DNA of 64,000 bases, from positions 42,880,001-42,944,000 of the forward strand of contig CP068257.2 in the NCBI GenBank assembly GCA_009914755.4, written 5' to 3'. Of this stretch, positions 1 through 14,952 are shown in pieces. The notes beneath the pieces are model-generated. The model made no database searches and had not been told where the DNA came from. It saw only the letters and a program-made list of their open reading frames with translations. Position 1 is the stretch's first letter. Each line of letters opens with the position of its first letter. The DNA is from the human T2T-CHM13v2.0 reference genome, Homo sapiens. A program made the translations under genes and the position numbers.

Positions 1-2260
1 TAGTTTCCCAGAGTCTTAGCAGCATGCGTGTTGTGGTGAGAGGACTGTGCAGGGACCAGTAAGACAAGGAACTTATGCTCAGCTCTGTCCCGTGCCACAT
101 CAAACCAAGTGACAGGCCGCATTGCTTGGCTTGATCCCAGTTCTGCCACGGGCAAAGCCCTCCACCGTTCTGAGCCTCTGTGTCCTTGTGGATAACAGGG
201 ACCAGTGGCAGCAAGCCCCTCTCAAGGTGCTGTGAGGGTGATGTGGGCGGATGCGGGCAGAGCTCTTGGCACAGGTGCTCTACAGAGTCGAGGCTCAGCC
301 AGTGTGAGCCGCTACCACCACCTACCTCCTGAGGCTGTTACCAAGGCCAATGGCTGGAAGGAATCTTGCTCACCCCCAATCCCAGTGCACTGAGCCTCAC
401 TCTGCCCCCGTGGCAGGAGGCTCATCCCGCCTCTTCCTGGCTCCCAGGCACGCTCACCTGTTCCATCCACAGCACTAGCGAGCTCAAGGTGTGTTCCTTC
501 TGGCACTGCTGCCTCCTCACCTGGGCGCCTGCGGCTCATCTGGGCGGCCACAGCAGCCTCCCAATGGCTCACTCCCTCCCAGCCACCGACCAGTCATTAT
601 CGTGCAGCCCTGTCAACCCCACAAGGGCAGGCTTCACGTTTCACTTGCAGCCTGTGGCTCTGGGTGGTGACCCTGCTGCCTACTCCCAGCCCCACTGCCC
701 TGCAGGTACCCTCCCAACTTTCCCAGCCCTCACTTCCTCCTGGTGAGGGCTGGGAAAGTGGGGAGGGTGCTCCCTGACATCTGCTCTCCTCGTGCCCTGA
801 ACATCCACGTAAAGCTGCCCTTCCCCACTGGACCATGAGTGCCCGAAGGGTGGGGCGGTGGTCACCTGGATGACGCTGTGCCCCAGCCTGCCAGAGGGCT
901 GAGCACGTGGGAGTCCCGGAGCAATTCTCTGCACGCATTAAGGCGTGTGATTGGTCCCTGTGAGCCGCGGCTCCTGGTCCGGCCCCTGCGGGCTTCTCAA
1001 GGTGGTCACACTCCCGGTTTCCTAAGCTGCTCTTACTCCTGCTGGGTGGAGGGGCTCCAGGAACCTGCGACTGCTGAACTCCATCTTCCTCCCTTCTGTT
1101 TTGAAGCTCATTCCCATGTGCTACCTGCAGGCTTGCTCTAATGAGATGTATGTATGGAATGTTATGTATGGAATGTTCCAGAATGCCTTCAATCATTTCA
1201 GCCATAAAGCCCCACCCACCACATGCACAGCTTCTTGTCTAATGCAGGGGTAGCCTGGCAAGGCCTGACTGTTGTCACTGTTTTTCCAGACTCCCTGATG
1301 GGGGCGGGGGGTCCGGGCATCAGCGTCTGCCATGGTTCTGCCCCTGTACCAGCCTCACTGGGACGTGGCATGGGGGCAGCTCACGTGGCAAGAGTGGCCT
1401 GGGTTAGTCTCACTGCCTCGGGTGCAGAAGGCCCTGAGAACATTTCTGCAGGGGAATGAGTCGCCAGGTCAGGGGGCACAGAAGATTCCAGAAGGACACC
1501 AGGGAGGTGATGTCTTATGAGAGGCACGCTTCCAGCAAACAGTGGGAGTGCTGTCACCGGCGCTGCAGAGCCCCTGAGCTGCCTCCTCCGGGGAACTGGG
1601 CTCACATAGAGGCTGAGCCCGAGGTGGGAGATGCGCCCCCACCTGTCTCGTACTCCGCACCTCTGCTCCGGTCACAGTCCTCAGCACACTTGCTGGGAGC
1701 AGGCAGCACGCTGTCCCTGCCCCTGGAGGTGGCCTAATAAGCACCTGTTGCTGCCTCAACTCAAAGGTCTCGTGGTGGCTGGAACCAGCCAAGGGACACT
1801 TGAGGCCTGGAGAGGAGCGCCACGTGCTGCCCCGACCCGGCCCCCACGCTGCCCTGGGTCAGAGCCAAGCTGCCCAGCTGCCCCAGGGCCAGGGCCCTGA
1901 CGACCATACAGACTCAGATTAGACCGCGGGAGCTTCCAAGGGGAGGGAGGGCCTGTTCTGAGCCCGGGGGCTGCTTTATGGAGAACACCATGCCAGGGTG
2001 GGGCAGAGCCAGGGTGCGCCTCCTGCCTTATTTCCAGGCACCTGGACTGTCCCTGGGCGCACAGAGGCTCTCAGGCAAGAAGGGCTCAGACGCCAGGCAA
2101 GGATCCTGTGCCGTCCAGAGGAGCAGGCCCTGCCTGGGTTTTGGGGTCACGGGTGCAGAGCAGCACTAGGTTTGGCTCTCGGTGGACCCCCAGCCCACAT
2201 CACCTGTCCAGCAGGTGCAGGTGACAGACGCAGTGGCCAGCAATGGAGAGCCGGGGCTCA

Positions 2261-3157
<897 letters not shown>

Positions 3158-3330
3158 TCAGGAAACAAGGCCATGGAGGCCATCCAGATCCCATGTCCTC
3201 GGCAGCTGTCCTCCACCACACACCTGGCCATGCCAGGCACCAGGCCAGCATCCCTGCCATGGGCCTGGGCCCACCACCCAACATCTGCCCTCCCTGTGCT
3301 GGTCAGACCTTTCCTGCTGGGAGGCTGCTT

Positions 3331-5776
3331 AGTCTGTCAGTCAGTCATTGAGGTAGTCAGTCAGTCAGTTGTCAGTCAGTCAGATAGTCAGTCATCAGTT
3401 AGTCACTGAAACAGTTAGTCAAGTAGTCAGTCAGGTAGTTTGTCAGTCAGCCAGGTAGTTAGTCAGTTAGTCAGTCAGTCAGCCAGCCAGCCAGCCAATT
3501 AGTCAGTGAAGTAGTCAGTCAGCCAGTCAGTTAATTTGTCAGTCAGGTAGTTGGTCAGTCAGTCAGCCAGCCAGCCAGCCAATTAGTCAGTGAAGTAGTC
3601 AGTCAGCCAGTCAGTTAATTTGTCAGTCAGGTAGTTGGTCAGTCAGTCAGTTAGCCAGCCAGCCAATTAGTCAGTGAGGTATTCAGTCAGTCAGTCAGTT
3701 TGTCAGTCAGTCAGGTAGGTAGTCACTCAGTGAAGTGGTCGGTCAGTTGTGTCAGTCAGTCAGTAAGGTAGTCAGTTGGTCAGTCAGTTAGGTAGTTAAT
3801 AAGTCAGGTAGTCAGGTAGTTAGTCAGGTAGTCAGTTAGGTAGTTAATAAGGTAATCAGTCAGTCAGGCAGTTAGTTTGGTAGTCGGTCAGGTAGGCAGT
3901 CAGTCGTCAGTCAGTCTGAGGTAGTTAAGTCATTGAGATGGTCAGTCAGTAAGTCAGTCAGTTAGGTCGTCAGTCAGTCAGTTCAGTAGTTAGGTAGTCA
4001 GTCATCAGTCAGGTAGTTAATCAGTCAGGTAGTCAGTCATCAGTGAGTGAGGTAGTCAGTTGTCAGGTAGTCATCAGCCAGTCAGATAGGCAGGTAGTTA
4101 GTCATCAGTCAGTCAGTCAGGTAGTCAGCCAGGTAGTTAATCAGTCAGCCAGTCAGTGAGGTAGTTAATCAGTTAGTCAGTGAGGTAGTCAGTCAGTCAG
4201 TCAGTCAGTCAGTTAGTCAGGTAATTAGGTAGTCAGCCAGTCAGTTCAGTGGCTAGTCAGGTAGTTGGTCAGTCATGAGTCAGGTTATTAATCAGTCAGG
4301 TAGTTTGTCAGTCAGTCAGTCAATTAGCCAGTGAGGTAGTCAGTCAGTCAGTTCAGTAGTTAGTCAGGTAGCCAGTCATCAGTCAGGTAGTCAGTCAGGT
4401 AGTTAGTCATCAGTCAGGTAGTTAGTCAGTTGTCAGGTAGTCACTCAGTCATCAGTCAGTCAGGTAGTTAGGCAATCAGTCAATAAGTGAGGTAGTCAGG
4501 TAGTCAGTCAGATAGTCAGTCAGTCAGTGAGGTAGTCAGTCAGCTAGTCAAGTAGTTAGGTAATCAGTCAGTCAGACAGTCAGGTAGTTAGGCAGGTAGT
4601 CACTCCATCAGTCAGTCAGTCAGTCAGTGAGGTAGTCCATCAGTCAGCCAGCCAGCCAGCCAGTCAGGTAGTTAGTCAACTAATCATTCAGTCAGTCAGA
4701 CAGTCAGGTAGTTAGTCAGTCAGATAGTAAGTCAGTTAATGAGTTAGCCAGTCAGGTAGCTAGTCAGGTAATCAGTCAGTTAGTGGGAGAGTCAGGTAAT
4801 TAGGTAGTCAGTCAGGCAGTCAATCAATGAGTCAGTTAGTTAGTCAGCCAGTCAGGTAGTTAGGTAGTCAGTCAGTCAGGTAGTTAGTCAGGTAGTCAGT
4901 CAGGCAGTCAGTCAGTCAGACAAGTAGTCAGTAAGGTAACCAGTCAGTGATGTAGTCAGGTAGTCAGTCAATCAGTTAGTCAGGTAGTTAGCCAGTTAGT
5001 CATGTAATCAGTCAGTCAGGTAGTCAGTCATCAGTCAGTTAGGTAGTTAGTCATCAGTTAGTCAGTTAGGTAATTAGTCAGTCAGCTAGTCAGTTAATCA
5101 GGTAGTTAGGTAATCAGTCAGTGAGACAGTCAGTCAATCAGTCAGTAAGGTAGTCAGTCAGGTAATTAGTAGTCAGTCAGAGAGTCAGGTAGTCATTCAG
5201 ATAGACAGTCAGGTAGTTAGTCAATCAGTCAGTGAGGTAGTCAGTCAGCCAATAGCCAGTCAGCCAGTCAGGTAGTTAGTCAGGTAATCAGTCAGTCAGT
5301 CAGATAGTCAGGTAGTTAGTCATTCAGGTAGTCAGTCAGTCAGTCAGTCACTCTTTGAGGCAGTCAGTCAGTCAGTCAGTCAGTGAGGCAGTCAGCCAGC
5401 CAGCCAGTCAGATAGTTAGTCATTCAGGTGGTCAGTCAGTCAGGTAGTTAGTCAGATAGTCAGTCAGTTAGCCAGTCAGCTAGTCATTCAGGTTGTCAGT
5501 CAGCCAATCAGGTATCAGTCAGGTAGTCAGTCAGACAGTCAGGTAGTTAGTCAGTCAGTCAGTCAGTGAAGTAGTCAGTCAGTCTGTGATGTAGTTGGTC
5601 ATTCAGGTCGTCAATCAGTCAGTCAGGTAGTTAGTCATGTAATTAGTCAAGTAGTTAGTCAAGAAGTCAGGTAATTTAGTCAATCAGTCATCAGGCAGTC
5701 AGTCATCAGGTAATTAGGTAGTCAGTCGGGTAGTCAGTGAGTTAGGTAGTTAATCAGCTAGTCAGTCAGTCAGTTT
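3331..5776. repeat. A roughly 2.45 kb degenerate tetranucleotide minisatellite, (GTCA)n with GTTA/GCCA/GGTA/GATA variants, lying in a host-gene intron. It contains higher-order repeats of about 80 bp.
   Basis: There are about 600 consecutive G-N-Y-A tetramers. An 80 bp block, ccagccagccagccaattagtcagtgaagtagtcagtcagccagtcagttaatttgtcagtcaggtagttggtcagtcagtcag, recurs three times between 3470 and 3700. The ORF track has no entries across the interval, which is consistent with frequent TAG, TAA and TGA codons. Confidence 0.9.
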
Positions 5777-5950
5777 CAGACAAGGAGGGAGGCTGGCAGG
5801 TATTCTGTGCTGGGAGTCAGTCTGGCAGTCCATGTTTCTGGGGTGGCTGTGCTGTGGGCAGGTGCCCCAGGGACCACCAGTAGATGTCCCTCCCCCAGAC
5901 AGTGAGGAACGGTCCAGAACGCATGTTCACCCTGTGCTGCATGTGGCTTA

Positions 5951-6310
<360 letters not shown>

Positions 6311-7684
6311 TCAGCATCTCTCTCCAGATCCACGGCTGCTACGTGGTGCAGGGACAGAGGACCGAGGCCCCCGCATTACAGGTCATCATGGTGGGGTGGG
6401 CGCAGAGCCGGTCATTACATTCATCAAGACCCTTGAAAATGTCCATATTCTTTACCCAATATTTCCACTTCTATTGCTATCTGAAGGCAAAAACACAAAA
6501 GCCAAAATTCCCAAATTCAGGAAAAGCTTTATGCACAAAAATGTTCTTCATAACCCAGATGACCAGAAAAACGCATCACAACCTGCTCTCCTGTGTTATG
6601 GGTGTGATCACCACGCAAAGCTGTGTCAGGGCAATGTGTGTAAAACATGAACATGGCGCAATGTGCCCAGGGCTCATAGTGTAGCTGTGTGAACATACAG
6701 AATGAGGGGCAAGGTGCATGGTTCATGGACGATGTGCTTGGAGGCAAGGACGCCACATGAACCTACGTACTTGCTTGGATGATGGAACAAAATATTGTCC
6801 CCTTTGCTTTTCTGAATTTTCCAATTGTTCTTTGATGCAAAGTTTTTTTTATAACAAAAAATTAAAACCTTATGATGTCATCAATCAAAAAAAAAAAAAC
6901 CAACTAGTTATTCACCCGCCATGCTGGATGCAAATGCAGCCTGCATGAGGGTGGCTGTAAGCCACAGGAGAGCAGTTTCCATCTGCTGTGTTCACTGCTT
7001 TAGCCCTGTGTCCAGGCAGGGCCTGGTGGGCCTCCTTGGCACATTGTAGGCCAGTGAGTGACTATTTGGGGGCAGTCAGGAGGTGCTGTCTCTAGGACAT
7101 GGCTGTGTAGAGTCCAGGGAGTGGACGGAGCTGGGAAGAGGAAACCCCATCCTTCCCATTGGGATGTCAACCATCTCCCAGACCCACCACCTCGACCCTC
7201 TGCCCAGAGCAGCCCTGACAGGAAGGTGGCTGTCAGCCTGCGAGGTCCCACCCATGGCTCCCCTGAGCCTGGCCTCAGCCTTGCATGTGGACATCACGTG
7301 TCCTCAACATTTGAGGAAAGGAAGGATCAGGAATGTCCATTTTCTAGTGTCTTTCTGAAACGATTTGTGGGTTCTTGACCAGCTCATGTAAACACTCTCA
7401 ACAGGTTTTAAATGTAGTGACGAGGGGTCTATGTAGAACGAGATGGCATGTGGGAAATGGTCTGGTCGTCCGTTTTGCGGGAGCCAAGCAGACTGCCTCA
7501 AAGTCACATCCTGGATTTAGGGTGGTGGGCTCACGTGTGCGACTCTGTCAGCCTTTTACCGCCTGAACGAGGTGACACCGTGAGAAACTCCTTTACCTGC
7601 AGAATCAGTGTAGGGGGCCCCGCCTGTGGACTCGGGGCTTTCCAAGAGAAAGGGGATGGAGAAAGTCACCGAACACAGACTTGC

Positions 7685-7911
7685 CTTTTTCCCGATGGTG
7701 AAATGCCTCCAGGCCTGTGCTTGGTGCGTGGGGATGTTCTGATATGAGACGAACTTCTCTTCGGTCCACTTGTAGACGGCGGATGTGGCTTTGCGATTGG
7801 CTGTGGCCACAAAGAGCCCCACCTGAGGGATGCGGAACACCTCAATGCCCAGGGTCTCTGAGTTGGTGGACAAGTTCTGATGCTCCTCCACGTAGTCCAG
7901 TCTTTCTTTGG
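7685..7911 (-). CDS. TSPEAR: Host-gene coding exon (EAR repeat: (A)[75 protein letters not shown]). It probably ends at a GC (not GT) donor.
   Basis: Acceptor tttctatcacaag|CC (AG at 7913-7912), with phase matching the upstream exon, which ends GCAG|. The 3' end is AAAAAG|gcaagt (gc at 7684-7683), a textbook GC-AG donor context. Splicing there to 6232 gives FTIGKK|IFLAVAN, which parallels [13 protein letters not shown] in the next repeat. An alternative GT donor, CAG|gtaaag near 7597, would add a non-EAR low-complexity tail. Confidence 0.6.
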
Positions 7912-8844
7912 CTTGTGATAGAAACGTTGTGACTCGGTTAAGATTTCCGAGAACGGAAATCCAGAGCAATCCTCGCGGGAGCGCGATTCCCAAGCCCCAA
8001 GTCACAAGCCACGACTCCTGCGCCTCAGCCTCGGGCATCAGTTTCCACGTTTCGCTCTCACAGGAAAGGCCTGTCAAAGGGAGGCCACTCACTGCTGCCA
8101 GGGGCTTTGTGATCTGTGCAGCCCCCAGTGAAGTTTACATGTTGTGGGTTGTGGCCTTGTTAAAAGGCTCACTGCTTCTACGGCAAGTTGTGCTCTCGAT
8201 AATGTGAAAGAGAGCAGCTCACACACGTGCTGGGCGGAACCCATGCCCATTTCCCACGGGTAACCTGTCTGGAGCATCTATCGCCACCTCCACTCACCTC
8301 CCCAGCAGCGGGAACGGACTGCTGAGAAGGCTCTCTGTAAAAATAACCTTTCAGGCTCGTCATCTCCTTGGATCTCATCTCTGATCTAGCAGACAGGGAG
8401 GGTGTGGGCAGAGGCGGCAGCCGGGCCACCCTACCAAGGAGGCTGCAGGGAGGCAGGCATTGTCTTCCCATGGTTTGGGAAGGGGTACCACGCGATGCCC
8501 AGCCCTGTCAGCCCGTGTGTCATGCCCTGGAGGTTCACATTTCCAATTGAGATGCACAGGCTCGAGGCTCCTGGTGGGGCAGTTTCCTGTCCTAAGTGGT
8601 GCCTGCCCTGAGGAGGGCCTGTGGCTGAGTCCTGTGGCTCTAGGGAGGGCAGTGTCCTGCCCGCTGCTTGCTTTGGGGGTCAGGACTGATGCTGCCTCTC
8701 ACTCTTAGAAGTGCCCCAGCCTGACGGCCAAGCCTGAGGTCATTCAGAGGTGGCTGAGGTGCCCCCTCTCCTAGCCTCCACTCCCAGTCACACTGTGCCA
8801 GAGTGGCCCTGCATGCCAACGCCCCGGGTGCAGGGCTGCCTCAC

Positions 8845-8976
8845 CTGCTAACACGGAGACCCACTCGTTGCCAACACACAGATACAGGCCCTTCCGGCTG
8901 GCATCAAACCAGAACTGGGCGTCTTCCACCTCGGTACACGGTGGCTGGGGTCCCAGCGTCACTCGAATGTTGGTTT
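8845..8976 (-). CDS. TSPEAR: Host-gene coding exon (C-terminal part of the TSPN/laminin-G-like domain: (E)[43 protein letters not shown]).
   Basis: A strong acceptor, tcttcccctcag|AAACC (AG at 8978-8977), follows a long polypyrimidine tract. The donor is GCAG|gtgagg (gt at 8844-8843). Only one frame is open. VDTNGITVFG-like similarity to collagen V TSPN is present. Confidence 0.7.
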
Positions 8977-10188
8977 CTGAGGGGAAGACCAGGAAGATGA
9001 GTTTCCAGCAAGCCAGTGCCCCCAAAGGAAGACGACACAGGAAGAGGCCCCCAAACCAGGCTGCCCTGCCTCAGCCTCTGCATGCGGGCCTGGAAGGGCC
9101 CCTGCAGGCACCTTGGCACAAGCCTGCCACATCACAGACGGGGAATTGAGAACCTGGCCTACCGGTGACGAAGGACATCATGATGCCCCCTATATGGTCA
9201 GCCCACCCTCTGTCCACTCTGAAAGGCGTGGCTTTCCATCCCATTGAGGCAGAAAAGGCCTGCTCCTCTGAGAGTCCTCAGCGATTGCACAGGGCATGGT
9301 CCCCCCTCAGGAGGGAGTCCCTGTTGACAGTGGTGTATCTTAACGACGGCTTGGCTTGAACCTGTGGCGGTTTGATCTCATCACTTCCAGTAATCACACC
9401 CCACCATGGGTCCTAATTCTGCCACCTCTTGACTCTATGTGGGACATCTGTGCACCTGCCAGCCGGTGCTGGCCAGCGGTGTGACACAGTATACCATGCG
9501 GCCCGGATGTGTTGGAGGTGGGGGCTCCCCTACTTGGTAACCGCTAACCCTGAGGCTCGGGGGCTCGGCTGTTCTCCACCTCACTGCCCCTCGGGTTGGC
9601 TGAGAGCAGTGGGGATGCGGCGGGGAGGGGCATTTCAGATTCTCCATGGCAGGAGTGTGGTTTAAATAAATACAGTCACCCTTGTAACTTCACACAAGAG
9701 AAAATCAAGCGGGGAGGCCCTCTGGGCCGGGGGATCGTGGAAGACGTGAGTGTAGGGCCAGAGTGGGCCCGACTGGGGCGGGCTGGTCTGGATGATGGTG
9801 GGACAGAGGCGGGGTGGGGAGAAATGGCCCAAACGCTGTCCTTGGGGGGCAAAAGGGGATGAGGGATGTCAGATAGCTCTGGACAGACTTTCTAAAGTAA
9901 GTTAGGCCTGTTTTCTGCCTGGGGTCCCCAGGAAGGGGCTGGATGGCTGTCGTGGGAGTGCTTGGAGGGAAGGGCAGGATGACACTGGCCTGTCTGATGG
10001 TGCCGCCTGCCTTCCTAGGGGTGGGCCCCGAGTATCCCCCTGGCCAATATGACCGCTGCCCCCCGTAGCAGTGATGAGGGGGGCAGGCACACGAGAGGGG
10101 CTGAGAGCTGAGCCCTGAGTTCCCGCCTGGTGTGAGGCCAGGGCTCTCGCATCTGCCTTTGGTGTGGGGGCGGGTGGCCCCCCTACTA

Positions 10189-10602
<414 letters not shown>

Positions 10603-10610
10603 CTACTCTG

Positions 10611-10975
10611 CTCATCCAACAGCCCATCCACCCATCCTGTTCATCCATGCATTCATCCATCCATCTGTCCATCCATCAGTCCAATCCATTCATCCATCAC
10701 TAATCCATCCATCCCTCCACCTACCCATCCATTCATCCATGCATTCATCCATCCATCCACCCATTCATCCATCACTCATCCATCCATCCCTCCATCCACC
10801 CATCCATTCATCCATCCATTCATCTTTCTCTCCATCTGTTCATCTCTCCACGCATCCATCCCTCCATCCATCCATTCATCTTTCTCTCCATCTGTTCATC
10901 TCTCCACGCATCCATCCATCCATCCATCCATTTGTCCATCCCTCCATCTGCCCATCCATCTGTCAAACCATGCAT
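10611..10975. repeat. (CATC)n / (CCAT)n-derived degenerate microsatellite, about 365 bp.
   Basis: The sequence is catccatccatctgtccatccatcagtcc... It produces the low-complexity ORF HPSIHPSVH. Confidence 0.85.
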
Positions 10976-13743
10976 CAATAAATATTCAGAGCATCTGCTA
11001 TGTGCCAGGCATGGCTCTAGACACTGGACTCAGCAGGGAACAAAGGCCTCTAGCCTCATGGAGTGAGGTCCCCACTCACACGTGAGTGGAGACACAGGCA
11101 CCGAGCAGACACCCAGCTGGCCTGAGAGCAGCAGGCCCTACTGAGGAAAGACAGCTCCGGGGAAGGGGCTGCAGGGCAGAGTGTGGGCATCAGCTCAGCA
11201 TGGTGGGGGCAGCCTGAAGAGGACCGTTGGGCAGGGACCCAAGACCATCAGGGAGGAGGGTGCCAGGAGGAAACAGCAAGCGTGAAGGCCCTGTGGTAGA
11301 GACTCCACGCACGCTGTACCTTCTTTTCCCAGTTAGCACGTCCAAGGATCTGTCAACTAGAGCAGTAGGACAACTGGCCTGGGGCAGTCCCATCCCGCAG
11401 CACGGGTGTTGGGAAGGCAGCCCCTCCATACTCGCCATGAACAGGCCTTTGGCTCTCCTCCGGCTGCCGACGAAGAATCGAGCTCCTTTCACTGACAGGG
11501 TGGCTGGGAAGGGCACATCGGCCATTCTGAAAATATCAAAGGACTGTGTTAGGGCCATAGGAGAGTGGTCACCCCAGTTTACTCACAGAAGGAACAGGAA
11601 CAAGCCCCTCACTAAGCAGCGTGCATCTGTGCTGTGGCTGCCACACAAAGGATGGCACACAGGGCTGATCGCCTGCACAGCTCTGGAGCCCAGTAGCCTG
11701 GATCAGGCTGGGGCAGGGTTTCTCCGAAGGCTCCAGAGGAGGACGCTTCCTCGACTCATCAGCTTCTGGTGGCTGCACGTGCTCCCCGTGACCTGTGGCC
11801 ATGTCGCTCCAGTGTCCGACTCTCCCAGTATCTGTCTCCTGGTAAGGATCCTAGTCACACTGGAGCAGGGCCCGCCTCACTCCAGGATGATCTCAGCTTG
11901 ACTTGATGACTGCAAAGACTCTGTTTCCAGGTAAGGTCACATTCACGGGTGCTGGGTGGACATGAATTCGGGGGGGGCACTTCACCCCAGGGCCAGGGCC
12001 TCCTGCAGAAGTGCGTGGTGACATGCTTAGTGGTTCTTCCCTATCTCATGGTGAACGTGCAGTGGCTTCGACCTGCACAGGGTCCTCCAGCCCACTCACC
12101 CTCCCTCCACTGAGCTCCTGCACCATCACCCGGCCTGGGGTGCTGGGACAGATGGCTTCAGGACAGGAAGGAGGCTGGTGACCCATGAGGGTGTCAGGAG
12201 CAGGCGGTCTTGACGAGTGCGTGGAGGCTGAACTCCGGAGATGGAGCAAGGTGGGTGCCCGCTGAGGGACAGCGTGGCTAGAGCTCCTGGGCGGAAGAGC
12301 AGGGGTGCCTTCGGGCTCGCCTCCCGCCCACGCTGCCACTGTCTCTTGTAAAACACCTGCTCCTTCCAGTCTTTGCCATCTGGCTGCAGCTGGCCGTGGT
12401 GAGCTCAGCTCCTGCCCTGCTGTCCCAGAAAGCCCCGTCCTCTGCACACAGCTCGGCCTCTGCTAGGGTCCAGGCTGCTGGCCCCCAAGCCCTGGCCTGT
12501 ACCCTCCGTGGCAGCCTGCCAAGGGGTTAAGTTCTTCCGTGGCCACAATTGGTTCCAGGCCTGTGACTCCCCATGTCCCACCATCTTCCCCAGGAAGTCC
12601 ACTTTTAAAACATTCGGGGAACATTCCTAATCATTATGCTTTCGACCCTGATTTCTTCCTTTCTCCTGATGAGGCAGGTGAACGTTTGTCCAGGCCTCAG
12701 GCGCTGCCGCCACGTCATTCCTAGCTGCTGTGGCAAAGCCAGAAGTCAGGCAGCATTCACGTCCAGCCAGGACTTTCTTTACGGGGTGGGAAGCTGCTGC
12801 TAGGTCAGGTTGTCTTCAGCCTGCACAGCACGTCCCTGGGAGGCTTCCAGCTCTCAGGACCTGAGAACTCATCACCGTCCTGAGGGCCCTAAAGAGTTTG
12901 GGGTATGGTGGGAGAGAGGCTCTGATAAAAGTGTGTTTAAGCTAAGTGCATAATAAAAATATTTATGCGATAAGTTTCATAACAAAACAGAAGATCCTAC
13001 CTTTGAAAGTAATATTCGAAATAATTTAATATTTAATAGATTTAATATAAACTGGATCATTTGCAATTAAAAAGACAGAAGCGCAGCCCTGCTCCACAGT
13101 GGTAGATCCTGACATGGGTAACCAACTGGCCGAGCTAGGGGACTGAGGACTCCTGTCCAGGGGACCTACCGTCAGGCCACAAACCAGGCGACGGCAAAAA
13201 CGAGAAACGAACTCGGCTTCCAAAAGCCCCCATTGTGTCCAAGGCTACAAAGGATAATCTTGTACTCATTTGGAGTTTCTGTCAACATCTGCTCCCTCGT
13301 CCACGAGGAACCTGCCATGTGGAGTCACGGAGCCAGGCCTCGGCCTCCAGCCTGGAGGTTGGGGAAGGAGTTACTCTGACTTCCCGCTGCTGCCTGTTGT
13401 GATGTTAGCGCCCTCCCCACAGTGCCGGTCCCCTGCCAAGTCCCCTGAGCTACTTCTGGAAAAGGAGTGCGCTTGGTGTGATCGCCCTTACCTTGTTCTA
13501 AGCCACTGACTCTGATGTGCAGCGGGTTTTGTGTTTAAGGCGTGGAGAAACATTAAAATCGGGGTTTTGACAGGAGTGTGCTTCATAAACGCTCCGCGGG
13601 AGAGGCCCATTCCCCTTCCAGCCCGAATCCAGGGCATCACTCACCACCTGTTCTCGCCAATGTCCACTCTGCCCACAGATGGTGAGCCTGCCTCACCCCA
13701 TGCAGCCCTGCAGAGGCTGGCGCGGACGCTGACCTGACCTCCC

Positions 13744-13960
13744 ATGGTCAGCCCCTGCCTCATGAATGGCTCTTGCCCCCTGGTCGGCTCCTGCCCCGTG
13801 GATGGCTCCTGCCCCTCCACCCCATGGCTCCTGGCCCCTGGTCGGCTCCTGCCTCTCCACCCCATGGCTCCTGTCCCTCCACCCCATGGCTCCTGGCCCC
13901 TGGTCGGCTCCTGCCCCGTGGATGGCTCCTGCCCCTCCACCCCATGGCTCCTGACCCTGG
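13744..13960. repeat. GC-rich tandem repeat, about 60 bp unit in 3-4 copies.
   Basis: The unit catggctcctggcccctggtcggctcctgccccgtggatggctcctgcccctccacccc recurs. It generates overlapping repetitive ORFs on both strands. Confidence 0.75.
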
Positions 13961-14076
13961 TCAGCTCCTGCCCCAGGACAGCTCCTGCAGGTGTTGCTCG
14001 GCGAGCACGGCTGAAGGATGCCTGGCCTGGCAGGACTCTGAGGACTGCAGGTGCACCCTCCCCGGGTGGGTACCTA

Positions 14077-14952
<876 letters not shown>

